DNA of 63,870 bases, filler included, from Rhabdomonas costata (lineage: Eukaryota): assembly GCA_019059605.1 (NCBI GenBank). It is 33 parts of 33 records of this genome, joined end to end, with 100 filler letters (N's around TTAATTAATTAA, not from the genome) between each part and the next. Parts side by side here need not be neighbours in the genome. Positions count along the whole stretch, not along the records: positions 11,638 to 13,478 come from JAHMHO010008358.1; positions 13,579 to 15,417 come from JAHMHO010008359.1; positions 15,518 to 17,355 come from JAHMHO010008360.1; positions 17,456 to 19,294 come from JAHMHO010008361.1; positions 19,395 to 21,232 come from JAHMHO010008362.1; positions 21,333 to 23,171 come from JAHMHO010008363.1; 27 more parts are not named here. One strand, written 5' to 3'. The notes beneath the pieces were generated by a model that was not told the origin of the DNA, did not search any database, and worked only from the letters and a program-made list of their open reading frames with translations. The translations under genes were made by a program, and so were the position numbers. Below, one piece after another: positions 12,362 to 23,171 of the stretch. The first letter of the stretch is position 1, and each line of letters starts with the position of its first letter.

Positions 12362-14816
12362 GTTTGGTGATATTTGTGGTTAACAATGACAACCATCAGA
12401 AGCAAGACTATTCATGATACCAGAGATAGTCATCACAATTCTCGCCTTTCACAGTGTATCCTCATCTAATCCCGTGCGGGACCATAAATTGTCCCAGAAT
12501 CAATCTCAGAGACCTCGCCGATTACCACTGCGAATAATCTGGTAGGACAGAACACTTGTAACACATCATTCCACGGCGGTCGCCAACACCACACATGCCA
12601 CTTGCTTCACCACTCTGGGTCTGGGTTTGAGTCAGACTACCGGCACTGACTTGGCACTTAACCCCACATTACCTTATCTTGACCGTCCTCATCAACGGGC
12701 GACTGACTCACCCCCAGCCCCAGTTCTCTCGCTCTTGGCTCTCCTTTACTTTCTCACTGACTTCCACAGCTCCCCCTGCCCCACCTTGCCCACTCGGTCT
12801 ACCATAGCATATGAATTGCATATGCATATCTCACCAACTCGAGGCCATTTCCGGATTCTTGGTCCTCATCTGGTAGCTAACAATAGGAACGGCGGCCTTC
12901 CCTTTCTTCCTTCCTGAAATCCTAATACTAACCAAATTCAAAGAGCGCCAAAAAAGTGGGGTACCTGAAACCGCTGCTCGGGGGTCACTTGCTGCGCTGC
13001 GACCGCCGCAGAAGGCAAGGCAGGCTGCTGCTGCTGCTGCGCCGGAGTTGCCCCAAAGCCTGCAAATCCACCCACACGAACTAAATGTTACTCATAATCA
13101 CCCTGGCGCACCGAATATCTGCTCCAAACTCAAAGGCAAACCAAAAAGCCTCGTTCTCAAAGTAGCGTCAAACATTCAGGCCTGCAGAGGCCTCCACAAG
13201 TTGTTTAGAAACCGGAATTAAGCATCCGCGATTGCTTTATGGGGGACGGGGGGGAGGTTCGCGGTTGAATCTTCAATGGTGAACATCCGGAAATAAAACA
13301 CAATTAGTAGAAAAGTGTGTCGGGTGCCCAGGATATTAACAATGTTAATGATGACAGGTCAGGTGCAAAGATTACGGCCAAAGCAGCCTTCTGGACCTCT
13401 GCATCATACGCACCCGTTCTTGCACGAAGATGGGCAAAACGGAAGGCTTAGGGCCAAGTTAACACTACACCACAACACNNNNNNNNNNNNNNNNNNNNNN
13501 NNNNNNNNNNNNNNNNNNNNNNTTAATTAATTAANNNNNNNNNNNNNNNNNNNNNNNNNNNNNNNNNNNNNNNNNNNNGGTTGTTGGTGTAAGACAAGTG
13601 GGGCGCCAAGGGGCACTGCTCATGGTGCTTCTCTCGGGTACGGGTGTCTTCGGTTCCCTTTTGTAGAGTGGTGGGAAAGAAATGCAGAAGCTCTGGCAAG
13701 TCAAAAGCTGTACTGCGGTGCAAGCAAGCGCAAATGATGAAGCAAGAGCGAATTTCACCCTTAGTCACTCAAGTCAATTCTGAAATCGGAAAGTGAGGTC
13801 TTTCCCCAGGAAACACACACTTTGTCCTCGTGTAGTCAATGTGTGTGCGGGTGCCAGTGGGCAGAGAAAAATACTAGAAGCTGCAGAGGCCAGCTTCGAA
13901 GAGCAGCTCGAGCTCAAGCGTGACAAAAGCTGCGAATGCCTAGAGATCAGCGGATAAGGGTCCAGGTGGAGTAGGTGAAGTGTGTCAGGACGGCGCCGCG
14001 GTTGGGGGCTCGTTCCAACAATTGAACAGCAATTCAAACTGGTATCTCCTCCCTCTCAGCTCGCACCCTCTGAAACGTCACCAACAATCAGTCAGGCAAC
14101 GTCTGCGTGCTATGCAGACATACAGGCTGTTGTAATGGGGGGGGATCGTCAAACGGTAAACACCGTTGGCATACCTTCAGCAGTGAACCCTTTTCTAGGG
14201 AACATGTGCATCGCTTTCTCCCCACCCACCTTCCCCCCACCCAAGATCAAAAAACGGTCCATTAGGGGAACCTGGCAGAGTATACCAGAGTATACCTAAC
14301 CGACTGTGCTTCTAAAGAACCTCTCCTATGGGGAACCTGGCAGAGTATACCTAACCCGTGCATAACAGCCGGCACTTCTAAGACGGCGCTTCTGGTCAGT
14401 ACACACCAAGGCTTGCCCCTGTACACAATGTGCTTCAGCTAGGAGCCATAGTTCGAGCACGTAGAAGGGGGCTCTCGGAGAATCCCATCACCTGTTTGCC
14501 TCTCGGAGCTTTTGTTTCGTCACTGCAGAGGTCCAGGACATCATAAAGTGTCAACATGAGCACAAAAGGAGCTTTAAAGAAAAAAGGTTCACTGCTAAAG
14601 GAGTGTCACACCGTTAAACGGTCGAGTTTTTTTTTCTTCAGAAAAGCGGCATCTAGGGGGCAGTAGAACAGTAAACCTCACCGCAAAAATAACATCTTCT
14701 AGTTAGTACACGCACACTGAGCCTAACCCCCGTGCTCGGAAAATAACTTTTTGAACAACACGCCTCCCCCAAAACACACACACACAACACACACACACAC
14801 AACTTTGGGTTCGCAG

Positions 14817-15031
14817 ATGTTCCCAACGAAAGCCTCTCGGGGACGATACGTGTGCTCGGAGCCCAGCTGCGGGCGAGGACTAGTGCCGTGCCGCGGAACC
14901 ACCGTCTACCCCCAAGCCCCGGGAGTGGAGGTGCCGTGCTCGGACTACGCCTGCTGGGATAGCTACGGCTCCATTTCCCACTGCGAGGTGAAGTGTGCGG
15001 TTCACATGGGCGTGATCGATCGCTTTGAGAG
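14817..15031 (+). CDS. Cys-rich, putative Zn-binding exon
   Basis: CGCAG|ATG...GAGAG|GTATGC. Translation: YVCSEPSCGRGLVPCRG...CSDYACWDSYG...KCAVHMGVIDRFE. Confidence 0.5.
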
Positions 15032-16023
15032 GTATGCGTCAGCGCCCGCGCGAAGCATGAGTGTCTCTGATGATGGCTGGTGCTGCTCTGGATAGGCCCT
15101 TGCGGATTGTTTTCGCGGAAGCGGAAGTAGAGGTTTTGGAGCTATTCTACCCGCTCCGAATGCATTTGTTGCCTTCTCCCACTTCTGAGGGGAAGGGGGG
15201 TTGGACCTTTAGGTTCATGAGGTTGTGTGGTTCATAAGAAACTCTAGGATTATGAGAGAAGCCATTGTTATACCCAGTCGCCCGGGGATGGCCCAGTTTC
15301 CTGTGAGGCCGCTGAAGCCCAGTTTGAGTCCCGATGAGGTCACCGAAAACCCCAGCAGGTGAAAGTTACCGTTTCCAGAATTCGCTACGCTTTATTCCGC
15401 TGCGCGGGTGTTTCCCCNNNNNNNNNNNNNNNNNNNNNNNNNNNNNNNNNNNNNNNNNNNNTTAATTAATTAANNNNNNNNNNNNNNNNNNNNNNNNNNN
15501 NNNNNNNNNNNNNNNNNGGGTGGTTTAATCCCTCGTCGTTATACCTTATATCACCGTAATACGACGAGGGATTAAACCAAATTCCCACCTATACACTAGT
15601 GCACATGTTTCGGTTTGAGGTGTATCGCCATGAAATATTGAAATCTACCCCCAGGAAACGTCCCCGCCTCAGCCGCCCACTCCGGCCGTCCCGCGGGTTG
15701 CCCTTGCCTCTAAACTAATCGAATCCCTAAAGCCCAGCAAGGAATGAGTTCCTACCACTACCATACTCACCAACGTGAAAGACAAGGGAATGGCCAAAAA
15801 TCGTTTTTTCATATTCCGTCCCCCCAACAGACGTGACCGCAATTGCAAAGGAGGAGGCCATTTAAGCAAAGGTGGTAACCGCGAATGGCTCCAGGCAGTT
15901 CAGCTAGCAACCAGCAGGGATCTAGGACTAGGATCTCACTAGGATCTCAACTTCGAAAATTGCTTCACTCACCAGGCATTTTCCAAACAAGTGACAATAA
16001 CAACGCGCGGACGGGCGACTCAC

Positions 16024-17002
16024 CGGTTGGGGTCATCGTGGGGGTTGCAGTTGCGGTTAAAGTGCCCGTCTGAGTCGGTGTCAGGGAGTGCGTCGAGGTC
16101 ATCGAAAGGGTCGCTGTTCGCGACGGAGTGGGAGTGAGAGTCGGGGTCGGAGTTTCTGTGAAACAAAAGAAAAGAATCGCGTCGGAAGCTACGCGAGCAA
16201 TTGTAAGAGAACACGGGGAACGGGAAAGCGGAGCCGCACTTGTTGTCACAAGGGAGGGGCCGCGAAGCCAGAAGTTCAGCGACTTCTCCATGCTTCCCAG
16301 GGGTGTGCTATACGTGCTGGGCAGTGCGGTGTGCCCCACATAGCACCCATCGTTGGCAACGTTGGACGGGGCCACGTATGCGGTGAAGTAACTCGACGTG
16401 AGAATGCAAATCCACGCGTTGACCTGTAACCCCACCCTGCAAACAGTGAAACCGCATAATTGTACACCCGCCCCCACTTGTGTGTGTGGGGGCCCCATAG
16501 CCGGCTAGCTGGAAGCTCCGAACCTCGACATCGGCAAAACACTTCGGCAAACTTTTTATTGTTTTTTTTTATATTAAAAATATGAACAACCATGAGGGTC
16601 CGAGCCTTTTGGTAAACACTTTGGACACGAAAATTTTGTTTTTTGCTCAATGGCCGACACCTCCGACTGGTCGATACAGGGTGAAACAAACTTAGAACTG
16701 CACTCCCACAACTTTTTTTAAACACCGGACAGGATTGGTGACCCTTCTCGCCGGGCTCGTTTCTCACACCAATCAGGAGCTAAGGCATTTGATGTAATTT
16801 CAGGTCATGAAATAGACTCAGCAGCTTTCAAGGCCACATGTTCCAGAATGACTGTGGGGTGAGGAATGCAGCCGATGCAGATTCTGAAAGAAGGAGGCTC
16901 CTTGAGCAACCCCTATACCGTCTCAGAAGCACCGCTGTCCAGCATCAGCAGAAGCGTGTGCAATGTCCGCACCGAGACTTCCACCGTGAGAATCACTGCC
17001 AA
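16024..17002 (-). CDS. Exons of a Thr/Pro/Ser-rich (mucin-like stalk) probable surface protein
   Basis: Exon about 16155-16024 reads ETPTPTLTPTPSRTATLSMTSTHSLTPTQTGTLTATATPTMTPT|GTGAG. Upstream exons lie at about 16423-16241 and 17002-16919. Confidence 0.55.
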
Positions 17003-17644
17003 CTGGCAGAGGTAAGCGGCCACCACGTCAAACCTAAGCATCGCGAAGAAGGAACTGCCCACACCGAAACATTACATTATTCTCATTCTTCCACAATTCC
17101 GTGAAAGCAAGCACAGTCCACAAGGCACGAGGTATACTGTAGAAAGGAAGGTCACGTTCACTGGCCCGAACGCAAGATATTGCAAACCCGAGAAGTGGCA
17201 GGAAGGGGTCCCGGGCCAACTGGGGTCTAAACAGGGCGAGACCACCCAAGAGCCACCAAACTGAGTGTATGGAAACCAGGATGGCCATTCCAACGGTGCC
17301 ACCCCCACAGATGCGGAAGATCACCACGGCGAAAACCACCAGGGACAAACCCCCCNNNNNNNNNNNNNNNNNNNNNNNNNNNNNNNNNNNNNNNNNNNNT
17401 TAATTAATTAANNNNNNNNNNNNNNNNNNNNNNNNNNNNNNNNNNNNNNNNNNNNTGTGGTGGGTGTGTGTGGGGTTTTTTGGGGTTAAGAAAAAAGAAG
17501 TGCATGCTCACATCATGAAATATCTGACTCGGGAGGTATGTCTTCGAAGATATCTTAAGATGCGCCGCACCTGAGCGAAGCCACTTTGGCGCTCATCTTT
17601 CCACCTCCTTCCGGGAAGAGCAAGATGTGGTGAGCAACCAGCCC

Positions 17645-19286
17645 GCGGTGGGCAATGGGTTGAGGCAGGCCATGCAGGTAGGCTACCTGAATGGCGAGTG
17701 GCGAGTGAAGGGTTAGAGAGTTACAAGGCAATGTATCGGTGAAGGTCTTTCCTGCCTCCGGCGGGCTGTCGAATACTCTCCCCCTGCCTCGTCGCTTTTC
17801 ACAGATCACCCCCTGCGCTGGTGGGCGACAGAGTTAGGGCTGACAGCAGTGCTTACATGCCTGTGGCAACTCCGAGATATCATTTAATAATCGTTTCTCA
17901 ATAAGAGGGGTCCACCCAACACCCGCCGCATAGTCTCGCACTCAGAATCTAATCCTGGGCATCTAAAGGTGCATAGCGCAGGTCCCAGATCCAAATGCGA
18001 GATGCCGTAAGCATCCCACTTCTGCACACTAAAGCTGTGACGCAGACCCCCAAATCTGGAAAACATGTCGTCCTTCCTTGGCCTGATTTTTGCGGAGAAA
18101 ATTTTGCTGCCACCCACGGCACCCACGATTCCCTGCCGTTTGAACACAACAGCCTATTATTGAGATGGGGAGCAGCACAGAGAGGCTTGCCCGCAAAAGC
18201 TCAATCTTGACAGACCCCACACGCGACAATAATACAAGGCACAGCTACTGCCAGAGAACCACCACAATAAAGGCGTGACAAGAGGCGAGGGTGTGAAACG
18301 TTAAAGGCAAAAACGCGGCGGAAACAATAACAAACAAACAGCAGCGAAAAGAGCAACGGGCGAGCAACCACCCACCACCAACCGCGTACCGCGTGCACAA
18401 CGTCCCGGATCAGGTGAGTGACCTGGGGCTCAGAAAAGGTCTTCGGCTTCTGCTTCAAATAGGTGACATAATCCGCCAGTGACTTTTCGGTAAACTCCAA
18501 CACCTGCAGTCCCAAAGCACCCCACCGGTTAACTCTTCAATGGAGGTAACCATTTAATGACACCCTCACACAATTGTTCTCAACTCAATTCAACACTGAA
18601 TTTGATGATTTGCTGGATACACGAGACAAAAACAATAGCGAACTTCACCCAAACCGGAGTATCTCGAGTATCTGCAAATCGTAGAAAAATCATGGCAACA
18701 ATTGTGCCGGAAAAATGGGCAGCGTAACATAGTCCGTGACAAAGAGGCCCCAGCCGAGATCCTCCCCCCAGCACACTGTCCTTCACGCTCACTCGCGCTC
18801 TCCGGCATGTTGCAACTACTCACCGTCAAATACGATTCAGGCCTCCTGGTGCTAGAACAGAAGGTCTCCAGCGGGTTGGAGGGAGAAGATTCTAAATAAT
18901 AAAACACCTCCCAGGGGGTTAGTGAGTGATGGTCTGTTCTGGGATGCACAAAAAAAACGAGGTTGGGGGGGGGTCCCCCGCCGAGCTCCAAGAAGAGCTT
19001 TCGTGACGACAGGTCCCGGCATGGCTAAGATCAAGGTTGGCAAGATCTAAAATAAGCGGATCGTCGGTAGGGGGGTTCCTCCGAAACAAAATGGTGACGT
19101 GCACCATAAGGCTTCCAAGATGGCATGGTAAATACCACACGGGGACGCTTTCCAGCTCAATTCACTGTGTACGCTGAAGACAATGCGGCGAACCATGAAA
19201 CCCTCCCGAGAATCCTCCTTCATCTCCAGCTCCCAGTCCAATAGGCGCACAATGTTCGCGTGGCTGACTTGCTTCAGCGCCACAAC
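17645..19286 (-). CDS. Ser/Thr protein kinase, NAK (AAK1/BIKE/GAK)-like, partial
   Basis: Exons about 19286-19194 (LKQVSHANIVRLLDWE...FM), 18503-18390 (VLEFTEKSLADY...FSEPQVTHLIRDVVHA) and 17686 to about 17645 (VAYLHGLPQPIAHR). The F.E..V..L..D...AVAYLH..P.PI.HR pattern is NAK-like. Confidence 0.8.
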
Positions 19287-21332
19287 CCCCCACANNNNNN
19301 NNNNNNNNNNNNNNNNNNNNNNNNNNNNNNNNNNNNNNTTAATTAATTAANNNNNNNNNNNNNNNNNNNNNNNNNNNNNNNNNNNNNNNNNNNNGGCGGG
19401 TAATAAAAGCAGGCAATTTTGTGGGTGCTCATTCTCTTTGTGGTGCTTATTGTGGTGAGGGTATTCACAGGGCTTTGACTACTACCACTGCCTGACGTGT
19501 GGAGCAAAGTGGAAGTACCTGCGCCATCACTGATAACGGAGAAGAAGAAGGGTTCTGCCCTCGGACCTCGATGATGAGACTGGGGGTCATCGCGTTCGAT
19601 CTTCTTTTCCTCGCTTCCCACCTGAGCCAGACTTCGATGGATGGTATCAACACCTTGGATGTAGGGGTCAGAGTCTGGATCAGTTGCATTGGATAAAGTT
19701 GTTCCCTTTTCCTCCCTCTCCGCTGGGTCAGCACTGGTGCCCTGGTAAGCCTAACCCTACTTTCTCACCTTCCTGGGCAGAACATTACCTCTTCCTGGCA
19801 ACAACAGTAGAGATGCGTTTTTGCCAATACCTCTCTCCTCCAGCCCTTTCGCTTGATCGATCCCCCCTCCCACCTTCTTCCCCAAGCAATCTTCACAACT
19901 CTACCTTACCCTGACCCTTCAAATGAGGGACCGGTACTCTGCTTTGCTCATGTCCTCGAGCAGTTCCTCACACATGCCGTTGCGCTCATTGCCCTACCGA
20001 AGTTTTTGAGTGTCTTACCCAACTTTCTCGTCCCATGCTCCTTTGCCGATGCTTCCCTAGGTGTCCACGACACTGGTTTGGTCTGCTTCATCAATGCGAA
20101 CGGTCTGAGGGCTTAGCGGGGTGTGTGCGGTCTTGGCAGTCGATCCCCGCCGCCCCCGCCGTACCAACTCCTGGTCGTGGACACCTTTTTTTTGTGGATT
20201 TTGCTGGATACTCTTTTTTATTTGCATGCATTTGGGCTGGTTTCTTGCCTTCATGGGGCATCCCAACATTTGTTTTCGTGGGATTCCCCCACTTTAACCT
20301 GCCCTTGCTTTTTTTCGTGGAGACCTGGCAGTACTCATGTGCTTCTTTCCCCATTCTCATACGCTTCGACGGAAACTGGTGAAGCAGTGCGTCTGTGTGG
20401 GTTGTCCCCTGGGCAGCTTGCCCTGGTTGCGCTGGTTGCGGTGGTTTTTTGTTTGGGTGTGCCTCACTTCTTTGGTTTTGCCTCCGCGGAGAGCATGACA
20501 TTACTTTGGGTTCAGGTTGGCTGTGCTATGTAAATTCCATCCGAGGGAATGCCGATAAGCTGCGAAGGGGAAGTTCGGGCGGGTTTTTATCGAGGTTGAC
20601 AGAAAGCGTTTTTAACGAGATTGACAGAAGTGGTGAGCGTTGGAGGTTTCTATGCGTTCGTAGGGTTGCTTGTATGTGCTCTCCCCAAGCTTCGGGAGGG
20701 CACGGGCGTTGATGAATTTTCTGTGAAAGTCTGTTGATTTTCTTCCTTGTTTGTTTTTTCTGTCGCTTCTTTCTTTCTCTGCTTTCCGTGTACTTTCCTG
20801 GGCAGAGTGTGGGAGATACACTTCTCTTTCTACAGCAGCGTCCTGTGGGTGTCATGTGGGGCGTGTGCGGGGTGGTGGTGGGATACCTCGCGTTTGCTTG
20901 CCAAGGTTTTGGCTTGCGCGCTTTAGCATTGCAGCTTTTTCCCTTCCGGCTTGCATGCCCACTTTCGTCCTTCCATCAAGAAAGGCTCTGCCCTTTTCTG
21001 CCCCTTCTTGTTCCTTGCGCTTCCTGTACAATCTGGTTTGCTTTCGTTCTGAAGTGACCTTTGCCCTCAGGTATATCCTGGGTTGCTGTCCGGCTCCCCT
21101 CCTTCGAGCATACCTATTCTTCCACCCACGTCCGCCTGACACATCCACAAACAAACCCTTTGGAAACGTCCCCTTACTGGGTGTTCACCTGTTGCCCCCC
21201 CCCCCAACTGCACCCTTCCCCAGTGCTGACCCNNNNNNNNNNNNNNNNNNNNNNNNNNNNNNNNNNNNNNNNNNNNTTAATTAATTAANNNNNNNNNNNN
21301 NNNNNNNNNNNNNNNNNNNNNNNNNNNNNNNN

Positions 21333-23171
21333 CCACTAACAACCCATGCGCCATCAGGGGTCACCTTCACAGCACGCACCGCGCGACTGTGCCCCGTTAA
21401 AGTGCGCACCTCCTGCCTGGTGGCAAGTTCCCAAACCTTGATGCTGCTGTCCTCACTTCCACTCACAACGTGGGTCCCGTCAGGAGTTATCGCAACGGTG
21501 TGGATCGCACCGGTGTGGCTGGTGCGAATGATTTCTTCCGTTCCTTCCTGTAGGCTCCATACGCTGATCGTTTTATCATATCTCCCGCTCACAACCCGCG
21601 AACCGTCAGGTGTGATCACGACGGTAAGGATAGAGCCGCACCGGCCGGGAAGATTATGCAACACCTTTCCTGTCTGAAGGTCCCAAACTTTGACTGTGCT
21701 ATCGCCGCTTCCACTGACAACCCCAGCACCATCGGGAGTTGCAATGACTGCTCGTATTGGCCGATTGTGTGCAACGAGGGAGCGCTCCTGCAATCCTGTC
21801 TGAAGATTCCACACCTTGAGTGTGTTGTCGTCACTTCCGCTAACAAGGCGTGTACCATCGGGAGTGACCACAATGACATTTACTGAACCAGTGTGTCCGG
21901 AAAGGGACCGTTTCTCCTGTGTGGACTCCAGATTCCATATCTTAATGGTGCTGTCTTCACTTCCGCTCACCAGCCGAGTCCCACAAGGAGTCACAGCGAC
22001 CGCGCATACGGAACCTCCATGCCCGAGAAAAGTGCGCTCTTTCTTTCCAGTGAGCAGATTCCAAATTTTGATGGTGTTGTGGTCACTTCCGCTTGCAAGG
22101 CGCATCCCGCCGTGCATGACCACGGTGGTGCATACTGCGTCACTGTGCGCGGGGATGAGGAGCTCAGCCTTCCCCGACAGCATATTCCAGACTCTGATTG
22201 TGTTGTCTCCACTCCCACTGATGACTCGTGCACCCTCCGGAGTAACCGCGACGGCATGCACAGGACCACTGTGCCCAACCAGAGTACGCTCCTCCTGCCC
22301 CGACTGCAGGTTCCATATTTTGACTGTGGAATCCCCACCTCCACTCACCACACGCAAACCATCAGGAGATATTGCAATGGCACAGACGGAGAGTTCGTGC
22401 CCGGCAAATGTCATCTCCTCCTTGCCGCTGGTAAGATCCCACACTTTGATGGTGCTGTCATAACTTCCGCTCACAGCCCTTGCACCATCAGATGTCACCG
22501 TGATCGAAGATACTGCGCGACTGTGCCCGTTAAGAGTGCGCTCCTCCAATCCAGTGTGTAGATTCCAAACCTTGATTGTGCTATCCTCACTCCCACTCAC
22601 AACGCGCACTCCAATAGGATCTACTGCAACCGCACAAACTGGCGCACTGTGCCCAACAAGCTGAATTTCAACACTTCCCGACTGCAGGTTCCATACGTAG
22701 ATGGTGCGGTCTTCACTCCCGCTCACAAGACGCTTCCCATCTTGTGTCACTGCAACGGTACGGACAGAGCCGGTGTGTCCGAGAAGCGGCGCCTCTTCTC
22801 CACAGGACACGTTTTCCAACAAAGCTTCTCTTAGGTCCACTTGAATAAGGCGGGGGCGAGTCAGAGAACAGTGACGGAGGTCGACCCCCCGCCAATTACT
22901 ATGCAGCACCTGCAGGCCATCGAGACAGGCCCCAGGAAAGCGACATCCTGACAGATCCCAGCCGCAAATCACGTGATCAACAGAAGCTATAAGTGTCATT
23001 GCGTTACAGGCAGCGCGGCAGCGCACTCCCTCGGCTCCAGCGCACCATAGGAATTCCACGTTTTTTCCTTCAGCACTGAGGCGCACATCACCCCGGGTGG
23101 CATCCACCACGTCATAGAGGGAGCGAATCCAGCGACTTTGCTCGACCACAGGACTATGGGCAAAACCCCCC
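21333..23171 (-). CDS. Pentapeptide-repeat + WD40-repeat protein (C-terminal part of a NACHT-WD40/HET-E-like protein), intronless fragment
   Basis: The frame is open across the whole contig. AACNAMTLI...WDLSGCRFPGACLDG...VDLREALLENVSCGE is followed by 12 regular 42-aa WD40 units (GH...V..V.VTPDG..VVSGS.D.TIKVWNL). Confidence 0.92.

Noticed and set aside
14265..14351. Direct repeat GGGGAACCTGGCAGAGTATACC occurring twice
   Set aside because: Two copies only, consistent with a local duplication and not an array.
21816..22561. Long plus-strand ORFs over the WD40 gene
   Set aside because: They are antisense shadows of the repetitive minus-strand CDS.
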